Assembly (NCBI GenBank): GCA_026707145.1
Contig: JAPOXK010000010.1
Location: forward strand, 10,849-74,848
From: Chloroflexota bacterium
Lineage (GTDB): Bacteria; Chloroflexota; Dehalococcoidia; Bin125
Length of the DNA stretch: 64,000 nucleotides
Direction of reading: 5' to 3'
Positions 36,656 to 45,108 of the stretch are shown here, one piece after another. Both the position numbers and the translations under genes were made by a program. The notes beneath the pieces are model-generated. The model was not told where the DNA came from, did not search any database, and worked only from the letters and a program-made list of their open reading frames with translations. Numbering within the stretch: position 1 is the stretch's first letter; each line of letters begins with the position of its first letter.

Positions 36656-37684
36656 CTATGGCTCGAGGACCAACCGGCCGTACACTTCCCGGCTCTCGAT
36701 CAGGGTCTGTGCCGCGCCCGCGTTCGCGAGGGGGAACCGCTGTTGGATGACCGGTTGCAACTTTCCTTCGGCGACGAGATCCAGTACCCGCCGTCCGATG
36801 GCTCGTGTCGAGCGTCCACAGCCGTACAACGTCGCGTGCTTGCGGAATAGCTGGATCATGTCCACCGGAACGACTTCGCCCGCATGTGCGCCGACGCTCA
36901 GCAGCCGGCCGCCGGGCGCGAGTGCGGCGATGCTCTGCTGCAAGACGTCGCCGCCGACGCAATCGAAGACACAGTCAACGCCGCGGCCTTCGGTGAGGTC
37001 GCGCACGCGTTCGTCGATCGGCTCGTCGCGGTAGTTGATCGTGCCTTCGGCGCCGGCGGCGCGAGCCCGCTCGAGCTTTGCCGCCGACCCCGCCGTCGCG
37101 ATGATCCGTGCTCCCATCAGCGCCGCGACCTGCAGGCCCGCGGATCCGACACCGCTGCCCGCCGCGTTAATGAGCAGCGTCTCTCCCCCTTGCAGATGTC
37201 CCACCTCGACCAATGCCTCCCAGGCCGTCGCGAACGGTATGTAGGCCGAGACGGCTTCCGCGTCATCGGGGCCGTCCGGAACGCGCACGAGGTGCTGGCG
37301 TCCCACTTTGACGTATTCGGCATAGGTGCCCCAGACGGTCGCTCCCAGAATGTCGGCTGCCTGGCAAGTGTTCTCCCGTCCCGCTGTGCAGGCAGCGCAT
37401 GAACCGCAATGCAGGATGAAGTGCGGAGCCACTCGCTCGCCTAGCTGCCACTCTTCGACGCCCGTGCCGAGGGCTGCCACCTCGCCCACGGCGTCCACCC
37501 CCATGACGTGTGGGAAGGCACCGGCCATCCCCGCACTGCCGTTGCGGATGTCGAGGTCGATGTGGTTAACGCCGGCCGCGCGCACCCGGACCAGCACTTC
37601 GCCGGGACCAGGATCGGGAGTGGGGAGGGTTTCGTAGCGCAGTGCGTCGACGCCGCCGTGCTGATGAAGAGCGATCGCTTTCAT
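36656..37684 (-). CDS. Zinc-binding MDR dehydrogenase / quinone oxidoreductase
   Basis: GVNHID, CGSCAAC..G.ENTC structural Zn site, AAGSGVG. Confidence 0.88.
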   Translation of the reverse strand: MKAIALHQHGGVDALRYETLPTPDPGPGEVLVRVRAAGVNHIDLDIRNGSAGMAGAFPHVMGVDAVGEVAALGTGVEEWQLGERVAPHFILHCGSCAACTAGRENTCQAADILGATVWGTYAEYVKVGRQHLVRVPDGPDDAEAVSAYIPFATAWEALVEVGHLQGGETLLINAAGSGVGSAGLQVAALMGARIIATAGSAAKLERARAAGAEGTINYRDEPIDERVRDLTEGRGVDCVFDCVGGDVLQQSIAALAPGGRLLSVGAHAGEVVPVDMIQLFRKHATLYGCGRSTRAIGRRVLDLVAEGKLQPVIQQRFPLANAGAAQTLIESREVYGRLVLEP

Positions 37685-37897
37685 AGAGGCATCAGGTTTC
37701 CTGCACTGTGAATGGAGGTCACCGCAAGGGTCGTCGGCGCGGGGCTTTCGAATGCCGCCAGCCCGAACCCGCTCGGTGCCCGGCCCGCTTATGGACCCGT
37801 GCGCTGGATTGTGTCACAAGTGCGGTTCAACGGACGTGGATCGTGGTCTTGCGGAACGTAAACGTTGCTGCTTCCTAAAATCGTGAGGTCGGCTGGA

Positions 37898-38070
37898 CGG
37901 GCGGGCACGCAACCGCGGCAGTCTGCGAGGAGCCGGAAGTCGCGGCAGGGCGACAGGCCATACCAGCGACTGGTGCGGATGGTGGTCGCCGCTTTGCCGT
38001 GACCGTCGCATCGCCGGAAGGTGACTCGCTTCTGAACGCGGCTTCATTGACCAAGTGATGGTGCCCTTCG
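37898..38070 (+). ncRNA. Long rod-shaped structured RNA with central bubble (6S RNA-like candidate)
   Basis: Nested pairings GGGCAC/GTGCCC, CCGCG/CGCGG, GCGAG/CTCGC, GTCGCGGCAG/TTGCCGTGAC, GGCGAC/GTCGCC, ACCAG/CTGGT; G-U pairs favour + strand; TAAAAT at 37876. Confidence 0.45.
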
Positions 38071-38111
38071 GATAATCGAGTACACGCGCCCAACAGAAGG
38101 ATTGCGGTTCC

Positions 38112-40601
38112 ATGACGAAGTCAGCGGCGTCCAGCGGCGCGGAGCTTCCTGTCTACCGGCCGAACGTAATCGAGCCCAAATGGCAGTCGCGCTGGGAGGC
38201 GGACGGGCTCTATCGGATGCCGGATGGCGACGTTACAGCGCGCGATCGTTGGTACTTGCTGACAATGTTTCCCTACACGAGCGGGGATCTGCACATCGGG
38301 CATTGGTACGCGATTGCGCCGTCCGATACGGCAGCGCGCTACCAGCGGATGCGGGGCAAGGACGTGCTGTTCCCGATCGGCTTCGATGCGTTCGGACTGC
38401 CAGCGGAGAACGCGGCCATTCGCGAGGGGATCCACCCCATGACTTGGACGGCCACGAATGTGGAGACGATGCGGGAGCAGCTACGGCGGATGGGGCCGTC
38501 TTTTGACTGGACGCGCGAGATCGTGACGTCGGATCCGGACTACTACCGCTGGACGCAGTGGTGGTTCCTACAGTTGCTGCGGCACGATTTGGCCTACCGC
38601 AAGCTGGCGCCGGCGAATTGGTGCCCCTCGTGCCAGACGGTACTAGCGAACGAGCAGGTGATCCGGGGAGATGACGAGGTGGGACGCTGTGAGCGCTGCG
38701 GGTCCGTGGTGGAGAGACGGGACTTGGAGCAGTGGTTCTTCCGGATTACGAAGTACGCCGATGAGTTGCTGGACTTCCGCACGATCGACTGGCCGTCGCG
38801 GATCGAGACGATGCAGACGAACTGGATCGGCCGCTCGGAAGGAGCGGAGATCCGCTTTCCGCTGGGGGCTGGGGGGGGAGGTGGCGACGCGATTCCGGTC
38901 TTCACGACGCGCGCGGACACGGTCTTCGGCGTGACCTATCTGGTGTTGGCGCCGGAACACCCGTTGGTCGAAGTACTGACCATGCCGGAGCAGCGGGACG
39001 CCGTGGAGGCGTATGTGGCGGCAGCGCGGCAGGCGTCGGAGATCGAACGGCAGTCGACGACGCGGGAGAAGACCGGAGTGTTCACGGGTGGATCTGTGCT
39101 GCATCCGCTGACGGGAGCGGAAGTCCCTGTGTGGGTGGCGGACTATGTGTTGCCGTCTTACGGGACCGGCGCGGTGATGGGAGTGCCGGCCCACGATACG
39201 CGCGATTTCGCGTTCGCGACGAAGTTCCAGTTGCCGATCGCGGTGGTGATCGCCCCACCGGATTGGGATGGTCAGCCGTTGATCGAGGCCTACGTGGGGG
39301 ATGGGCGGATGGTGAACTCTGGGGAGTTCGATGGATTGAGCGTGGAGGCCGGGAAAGCGGCGGTGACGGCGCAGCTGGCGGCAGTGGGCTTGGGCGGCGC
39401 TAGTGTGAGCTACCGGCTCCGCGACTGGCTGATCAGCCGGCAGCGCTACTGGGGCGCACCCATTCCCGTCGTCTATTGCGACCGCTGTGGGATCGTCCCG
39501 GTGCCGGAAGACGAATTACCCGTCCTGCTTCCGCCCGACGCGGAATTCCTGCCGACGGGTGAGTCGCCGTTGGCGCGACATGAGGGCTTCACACAGGTCG
39601 CCTGTCCTGAGTGTGAAGGGCCCGCACGGCGTGAGACGGACACGATGGACACGTTTGTATGTTCGTCGTGGTACATGTTCCGCTATCTCGATCCGCACAA
39701 CGATGACGCGCCGCTGCAGATGGTGCAGGCGCGGCGCTGGCTGCCTGTCGACCAGTACACGGGCGGAGCAGAGCACGCGGTCATGCACCTGCTTTACGCG
39801 CGCTTCTTCACGAAGGCCGCGCGCGATATGGGAGTGCTGCCGGTGGGGGAGCCGTTTCAGCGGCTTTTCAATCAAGGGACGATCCTCAAGGGCGGCCAGA
39901 AGATGTCCAAGAGTCGAGGCAACGTGGTGAACCCGGATGCGTTCGTACAACGCCTCGGTGCCGATGTCGTGCGCTCTTATCTGATGTTCTTGGGGCCGTG
40001 GGACCGGGGCGGCGATTGGGACGACAGCGGGATCCAGGGGCTCCGGCGCTGGCTTAATCGAGTTTGGCAGCTAGTGCTGGGGCCCGTGAAGCGCGGCGAG
40101 GACGCGGGAAGCGCCCGCGTGATTCGGCGACTCACACACCAGATGATCCGCCGGGTGACGGAGGATATGGAGCGGTTCCACTTCAACACGATGCTGGCGG
40201 CGATGATGGAGTTTACGAACGCCCTTACGGGAGAGCGAGAGCGCGGTCTCGTGGACGGGTCGGCGTGGGACGAGGCGATCGAGGCGTTGGTGCTGTGTCT
40301 GGCGCCATCGGCGCCACACGTGGCGGAGGAGCTATGGGAGCGACTGGGCCAGCCGTACTCGGTGCACCAGCAGGCGTGGCCGGCGTGGGATGCGGAGTTG
40401 GCGGCGGCGGCGGTGGTGACGCTCGTCGTACAGGTCAACGGGAAGGTACGCGACCGGCTGGCCGTAGCGGTCGGGTTGGGGGAAGACGAGGCGCGGGCAG
40501 CAGCGGAGGGTTCGGCGAGGGTGGCGGCTCAGTTGACGGGCATGTCGATCCGGAAGGTTGTGTACGTCCCAGACAAGTTGATTAACTTAGTGGCGAGCTA
40601 G
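38112..40601 (+). CDS. leuS: Leucine--tRNA ligase
   Basis: MFPYTSGDLHIGH, DWLISRQRYWG, KMSKS, VQVNGKVR. Confidence 0.98.
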   Translation: MTKSAASSGAELPVYRPNVIEPKWQSRWEADGLYRMPDGDVTARDRWYLLTMFPYTSGDLHIGHWYAIAPSDTAARYQRMRGKDVLFPIGFDAFGLPAENAAIREGIHPMTWTATNVETMREQLRRMGPSFDWTREIVTSDPDYYRWTQWWFLQLLRHDLAYRKLAPANWCPSCQTVLANEQVIRGDDEVGRCERCGSVVERRDLEQWFFRITKYADELLDFRTIDWPSRIETMQTNWIGRSEGAEIRFPLGAGGGGGDAIPVFTTRADTVFGVTYLVLAPEHPLVEVLTMPEQRDAVEAYVAAARQASEIERQSTTREKTGVFTGGSVLHPLTGAEVPVWVADYVLPSYGTGAVMGVPAHDTRDFAFATKFQLPIAVVIAPPDWDGQPLIEAYVGDGRMVNSGEFDGLSVEAGKAAVTAQLAAVGLGGASVSYRLRDWLISRQRYWGAPIPVVYCDRCGIVPVPEDELPVLLPPDAEFLPTGESPLARHEGFTQVACPECEGPARRETDTMDTFVCSSWYMFRYLDPHNDDAPLQMVQARRWLPVDQYTGGAEHAVMHLLYARFFTKAARDMGVLPVGEPFQRLFNQGTILKGGQKMSKSRGNVVNPDAFVQRLGADVVRSYLMFLGPWDRGGDWDDSGIQGLRRWLNRVWQLVLGPVKRGEDAGSARVIRRLTHQMIRRVTEDMERFHFNTMLAAMMEFTNALTGERERGLVDGSAWDEAIEALVLCLAPSAPHVAEELWERLGQPYSVHQQAWPAWDAELAAAAVVTLVVQVNGKVRDRLAVAVGLGEDEARAAAEGSARVAAQLTGMSIRKVVYVPDKLINLVAS

Positions 40602-40605
40602 CCGT

Positions 40606-41196
40606 TCAGTCGATCTCGCTGGGGACGTGCTGCTCGCGGATGCGAGCGTCGCGGAGGGCGACAGAGCGCTGCTCCTGTTCCTGATCGAGCTTTTGGCTGA
40701 GTTGCTCGATCCCGGCGCGGATGCTGGTGAGCAGGGCAGCGAGCTGACTCTCGAGGCGCCGGAGTACGTCGAGCGAGTAGCGGTCGGCTTCGATCGCTTG
40801 CTCGATCGCTTGACTCGTGGCGCTGCCGCGGATGGCGGTAGCTTCAGTCCGTGCCTCTTTCGTGATCTGCTGGGCTTGTTGTGTGGCTTCTTTGATGATC
40901 TCGGCGGCACGGAGCTGAGCCTGACGGGCCAGGTCGTGTCCATTGAGTTGGGTGTCGGCTTCCTGCCGGGCCTTGGCGACGATCACATCCGCTTCCTCGT
41001 TGGCGCGGGCAACGATCTGTTGTCGGTCGTGGAGGACGTTCTGGGCGTCTGCGATGGCTGTGGGGACGGAGGCGCGAATTCGATCGACGAGATCGAGGAG
41101 GCGATCACGATCGACGGAGACGCCGCCGCCAAACCGCGCCCGCCGCCCGGCGAGCAGCGTCTCTTCGAACTGGTCGATGAGATCCAAGATGTTGAT
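40606..41196 (-). CDS. Conserved coiled-coil protein downstream of coaD (DivIVA/SepIVA-like)
   Basis: DLIDQFEE...VDRDRLLDL.D.IR..VP.AI..A; probable ATC start 7 nt after AAGGA (ORF track gives TTG 41187). Confidence 0.75.
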   Translation of the reverse strand: MNILDLIDQFEETLLAGRRARFGGGVSVDRDRLLDLVDRIRASVPTAIADAQNVLHDRQQIVARANEEADVIVAKARQEADTQLNGHDLARQAQLRAAEIIKEATQQAQQITKEARTEATAIRGSATSQAIEQAIEADRYSLDVLRRLESQLAALLTSIRAGIEQLSQKLDQEQEQRSVALRDARIREQHVPSEID

Positions 41197-41216
41197 GGCA
41201 GGTTCCTTAAATTCGG

Positions 41217-41702
41217 CTAAGTCGGGCGCGGGGGGCCAAGCTTCGCTTTGAGTGCCTCGGCCACATGCGCCGGGACGAGATCGTCGACGGGATGGCCGAG
41301 ACCGGCGAGCTCGCGGATACGGCTGGCGGAGATGTAAAGGTGCTCGAGACTGGCCATGAGATAGACTGATTCTATCTCCGGGGCCATTTTGTTGTTCATC
41401 AAGGCCATGTCGAACTCGGCTTCGAAGCCGGTGACGGCGCGAATGCCCCGGACAAGGACGGTCGCGTCGAGCGAGCGGGCAAAGTCGACGACGAGGCCAT
41501 CGAAGACGGCGACGCGGACGTTGGGGTACGAGCGGACCGCCTCCTCAATGAGGGCGCGGCGCTCTGGGAGGGTGAAGAGCTGCTGATCGCGCCGATAGAT
41601 GCCGACGGTTAACTCGTCGAAGAGACGGGCGGCGCGCGCGACGATGTCCAAATGCCCGTTAGTTACTGGATCGAAGCCGCCGGGGTAGACCGCTGTGGTC
41701 AT
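41217..41702 (-). CDS. coaD: Pantetheine-phosphate adenylyltransferase
   Basis: YPGGFDPVTNGHLDI, VRGIR...F.AE, IS.S.IRE. Confidence 0.97.
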   Translation of the reverse strand: MTTAVYPGGFDPVTNGHLDIVARAARLFDELTVGIYRRDQQLFTLPERRALIEEAVRSYPNVRVAVFDGLVVDFARSLDATVLVRGIRAVTGFEAEFDMALMNNKMAPEIESVYLMASLEHLYISASRIRELAGLGHPVDDLVPAHVAEALKAKLGPPRPT

Positions 41703-42292
41703 GGTGCGCTCTCGTCTTGACCTGGAGGTGGGTCACCCAGCACGAGGCGATAGGTTTCCAGGACTGCATCACCGTAGCGACGCGTGTCGCGGCGTGCCAG
41801 CGTTCCAAGCGCCTCGGGTGCGGGGCGGCTCCGGGGATGGCGCCAGAGAACGAGAGCAGTCGGGGCGAGGATGCCCATGTGGACGACCGCTTCGGCGACT
41901 GCCGTGGCATCTTCTCGGTATGGCGGGTCCACAAAGCACAGGCCGTAGGGCCCGTGTAATCGCCGGATGGCCCGCTCGGCTGGGAGACAGAGGACGCGGG
42001 CCCCGGCGGAGATCTCTAGCGTGGCAAGGTTGCGACGGATGACGTCGCAGGCGGCGCGATCGCGCTCGACGAAGTCGACGCCGGGGGCACCATGGCTGAG
42101 CGCTTCGATGCCGAGGAAGCCGGCACCGGCGTAGAGGTCGAGAACTGGTGCGTCCAGGCAACTGCGCACGTCAAGACGGTTGAAGATGGAGTCGCGAAGC
42201 CGGGCAGTGGTGGGACGGGTACCCGTGGCGGGGGCGAAGAGGCGTCGCCCCTTGAGCCGTCCGCCGGTGACGCGAGGTGGAGAGAACGCCAG
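41699..42292 (-). CDS. rsmD: 16S rRNA m2G966 methyltransferase
   Basis: RVTGG..KGRRL..P...RPT..RLR.SIFN lies upstream of the track start; LDLYAG.G, DPPY; CTG start 6 nt after AGGAG. Confidence 0.9.
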   Translation of the reverse strand: MAFSPPRVTGGRLKGRRLFAPATGTRPTTARLRDSIFNRLDVRSCLDAPVLDLYAGAGFLGIEALSHGAPGVDFVERDRAACDVIRRNLATLEISAGARVLCLPAERAIRRLHGPYGLCFVDPPYREDATAVAEAVVHMGILAPTALVLWRHPRSRPAPEALGTLARRDTRRYGDAVLETYRLVLGDPPPGQDESAP

Positions 42293-42301
42293 GGGGTACT
42301 C

Positions 42302-44032
42302 CTAGGGCTCAACTGTGACGGCGAGCGCGCGGCCCACGCGGACATCGCCGTCGCTGAGGATGAGCCGTGCTTCGTACTGACCGGGAATGGCTGGACTCTC
42401 CCAGACGACCCAGCCTTCCCTGCCGGAGCCGCTGAGCTCACCTGCGTCGACCTCCCAGATTGGGACGAAGAGTTGATCATTCGGGAGAGTGGGGCTGACA
42501 GTGCCCTGCTCCAGGAATTCGATGACGGGCTCCCATACGCTGGCAGCGCCGTCCGTGGCCGAGACATCCTCGATGGCGAGGCCGCCGAGTTCGAACTCAC
42601 TGATCGCTTGGAGCTTGAAGGCGATACTGAAGCGGTTCTCGATCCAGACCGTGACCGGGTCTTCGGTCTGTCCGGCCGCGACAAACGAGACCATGCGCGC
42701 GAATCGGTCCCAGAAAAGTCCGCTGGCGCCTGCGTCTTGGAAGATGTTGTCGCCGACCAACGTGACGCGCTGGCCGGAGCGGATCGGTCCAGCCTCCCGC
42801 ACACTGATCTGGGCAGCGAGTCCGAGCGCCTCGCGTTGCGTGAGTAGGCGAAAGCCTTGCAGGCTCTTCTCAACGCTATGCGATGAGAGGGAGAGGAGGA
42901 GCTTCTCGGCGGGAATGCGGTCCAGCACCCAAGGCAGGGCGACTTGGATGCTGTCCAGCCAGATCGATGGGTCGCGAGGGGCGACGAGCTTGACGAGGTC
43001 TGCGGCAGCGCCGAGGGCGGTGATGTTATAGGCGCCCTCGTTGATCCCTGAGGCGTCGCGGCGAGGCAGGGGGACGGCGATGGTAAGGCCACGGCCGTCG
43101 CGACGGAGTTCGTCCGCGAGCGTGGTGACGAATTCCGTGAAGGCATCCCGGAGAGCCGGACTGATGACTTGGTAGTCGATGTCGACGCCATCGTAGCGGC
43201 CCGTCTGCACCATCAGCAGGATATTGTTGATGTGTTGTCGTCGCAGTTGGGTCGAGGCGATGACTTGATTGACGATGTCGGCCTCGGGCTCGCCGGCGAA
43301 CACAACGGGGTAGACGGGTTGGGTAAGGTCCGGCGGGATCGCTTCAACACGTCCGAGGAGGGAGGCGTCCTCGCCCGGGGTGAAGCCGACCGGGTTGATG
43401 ATGGTGAGGTTATTGGTGGCGACGGACGAGATCTCCGCGCCGGCCGGGAGGCGGCCGGTGACCGTGTTGCGGAACTGCAGGCGGCGCAGGATAGCGATGT
43501 TCGGGGGGGCGACTTCCAGAGCGATGCGGGCACTGGCGCCGTCGTCGGTAAGGATCGCGGAAGTGAGACGCTCCCATGCGCCGCCCTGGAACGTGTAGGC
43601 GCCGAGGTTGCGCTGGTCTTGGGTCGGTTGGATGAGACGGAGGGTGAAGGCGTAGGGGCCCGGGAGCCGCGTGGGGACTCGCACGGTGTAGAGGAAGCTG
43701 GCGGGCGTGAGGAAATCCGGAAGATCGGGCATCTGGTCGACGGTGGCGACCTCGACATCTGAGGCGGGCATCACGATGCCGGTGGCCGTTGCTGAGGCCG
43801 GATCGGATTCCTCATCGCTGTCGAGCAAGGCGATGGGAGGAACGAAGAGAATGACGATCAGCGCGGCGATCGCGACGGTGGCGCTGAGGACGAGGAGGAC
43901 AAGGAAGATCCCGCTGCGGTCCTTCGAACGCTGCGGGGCTCGCTCCTCAGGTTCGGGAGGGTCGTAGTGCCGCGCCGCGCCGGCGCTGATCCGGCGCGGC
44001 TGCCGTGGGCGGAAGGGGCTGTCTTCAGTCAT
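42302..44032 (-). CDS. Membrane-anchored GH18-fold (chitinase/spore hydrolase-like) protein, catalytic Glu replaced by Gln
   Basis: YDGVDIDYQ motif, VWIEN..S...K....LGG.A C-terminal GH18 features; N-terminal TM helix. Confidence 0.75.
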   Translation of the reverse strand: MTEDSPFRPRQPRRISAGAARHYDPPEPEERAPQRSKDRSGIFLVLLVLSATVAIAALIVILFVPPIALLDSDEESDPASATATGIVMPASDVEVATVDQMPDLPDFLTPASFLYTVRVPTRLPGPYAFTLRLIQPTQDQRNLGAYTFQGGAWERLTSAILTDDGASARIALEVAPPNIAILRRLQFRNTVTGRLPAGAEISSVATNNLTIINPVGFTPGEDASLLGRVEAIPPDLTQPVYPVVFAGEPEADIVNQVIASTQLRRQHINNILLMVQTGRYDGVDIDYQVISPALRDAFTEFVTTLADELRRDGRGLTIAVPLPRRDASGINEGAYNITALGAAADLVKLVAPRDPSIWLDSIQVALPWVLDRIPAEKLLLSLSSHSVEKSLQGFRLLTQREALGLAAQISVREAGPIRSGQRVTLVGDNIFQDAGASGLFWDRFARMVSFVAAGQTEDPVTVWIENRFSIAFKLQAISEFELGGLAIEDVSATDGAASVWEPVIEFLEQGTVSPTLPNDQLFVPIWEVDAGELSGSGREGWVVWESPAIPGQYEARLILSDGDVRVGRALAVTVEP

Positions 44033-44381
44033 GGCTTAGTCACGCGTGCCAGGGTTGCTGACGACGCCTGCATCGGCAAGAAGATCGCTTTGCGGAAGGG
44101 ATCGCCGATCGTGATGACAGACTGGCTCGACCAGGAAACGTCCGGCGCGCCGGCGCGGCGGGATCGGTCAGTGATGCTGCTTGGGATGCCGACGCCGGTC
44201 GCCGCGAGGATGCTGTAAGGCACGGAGTTCTTCAAGGGGTCGCCGGGTTGTGTGCTCCGGGGCGCGGAAACACTCCAGTCCCGCCCCTACCACACGCCAG
44301 TCTATCACTGGCACGGGCTCTCGCCGCGTGGTGAGGGGGCGCCATATTTTCGTGCGATCGAGGCGGCGACTATAATATTTA

Positions 44382-44413
44382 GGTCGGCAGCAAAATGTTG
44401 GGGTCGGCAGCAA
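44382..44413. repeat. 12-bp direct repeat in the gre-lysS promoter/leader
   Basis: GGTCGGCAGCAA at 44382 and 44402, just after TATAAT (44371). Confidence 0.7.
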
Positions 44414-44492
44414 CTGACCGTTCGTGGCCGGAGCGCAGAGTCCAGAATGGCTCTGTTCCGGCCGCCGGGCGTTCAAGAATGGAGTGCGCGAG

Positions 44493-44969
44493 ATGGCGGC
44501 CCAGAAGCCCGTCCCTATCACTCGACAAGGGCTGGCGCGGCTGCAGGAGGAGTTGGACGAGCTTGTCACCGTGAAACGTGTGGCGACTGCGGAGCGCATC
44601 CATCAGATCCGAGAGTTGGCGCCGACGACGCAAGGAGACGGTGAGTTCGAGGAGGCCAAGAACGCGCAGGCCTTCATTGAGGGCCGGATCTTGACGATCG
44701 AGAAGATCCTGGCGAACGCGGAAGTGATCGATGAGAGCCAAGCGCACGACGCGAGCGCGGTGCACTTGGGAGCGACGGTGGAGGTGACGGTGGCGGGGAC
44801 GGTACAGCAATTCACGATCGTGGGGATGGCGGAAGTCGACCCGGCACATGGGTTCGTGAGTGACGAATCGCCGGTGGGCCGGGCGCTGCTGGGGCATAAG
44901 ATCGGCGAGACCGTTGAGGCGGATGCTCCAGCCGGCAAGATCAAGATCAAGATCGAGAAGATCCACTAG
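44493..44969 (+). CDS. GreA/GreB family factor (second paralog, atypical acidic tip)
   Basis: IT.QGL..LQEEL..L, EAKN.Q.F.EGRI, EVDP..G.VS.ESPVG.AL.G; the tip is APTTQGDGEF. Confidence 0.9.
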   Translation: MAAQKPVPITRQGLARLQEELDELVTVKRVATAERIHQIRELAPTTQGDGEFEEAKNAQAFIEGRILTIEKILANAEVIDESQAHDASAVHLGATVEVTVAGTVQQFTIVGMAEVDPAHGFVSDESPVGRALLGHKIGETVEADAPAGKIKIKIEKIH

Positions 44970-45108
44970 CGCAGGCTCTCTGCACGCGCACGTTGCCCTT
45001 GAAGTCCTTGAGCCCACCGAGAAGACACCGAGAGCGTCTGCAGTCGGTCGGCTCTACCATGCCTGCAAGGGTGTCGGCGATGATCTGGGGGCAGAGGATC
45101 CAGCTCGG

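Noticed and set aside
37825-37855. ACGATCCACGT on the - strand recalling the raiA motif RNA
   Set aside because: The other conserved raiA segments and pairing partners were not found; likely chance
37880-38111. T-box riboswitch before leuS; also SRP RNA, RNase P RNA or tmRNA
   Set aside because: No GGTGGnACCGCG antiterminator or AG/GNTG boxes; CCGGAAGG lacks the flanking CAGG/AGCAG of SRP; no GAGGAAAGTCC or tRNA-like ends
44029-44235. 68-aa (-) and 83-aa (+) small ORFs in the GH18 leader
   Set aside because: No RBS or recognisable motif; cannot be distinguished from shadow ORFs
44382-44413. Mini-CRISPR
   Set aside because: Only two 12-bp units with an 8-nt spacer, and no cas genes
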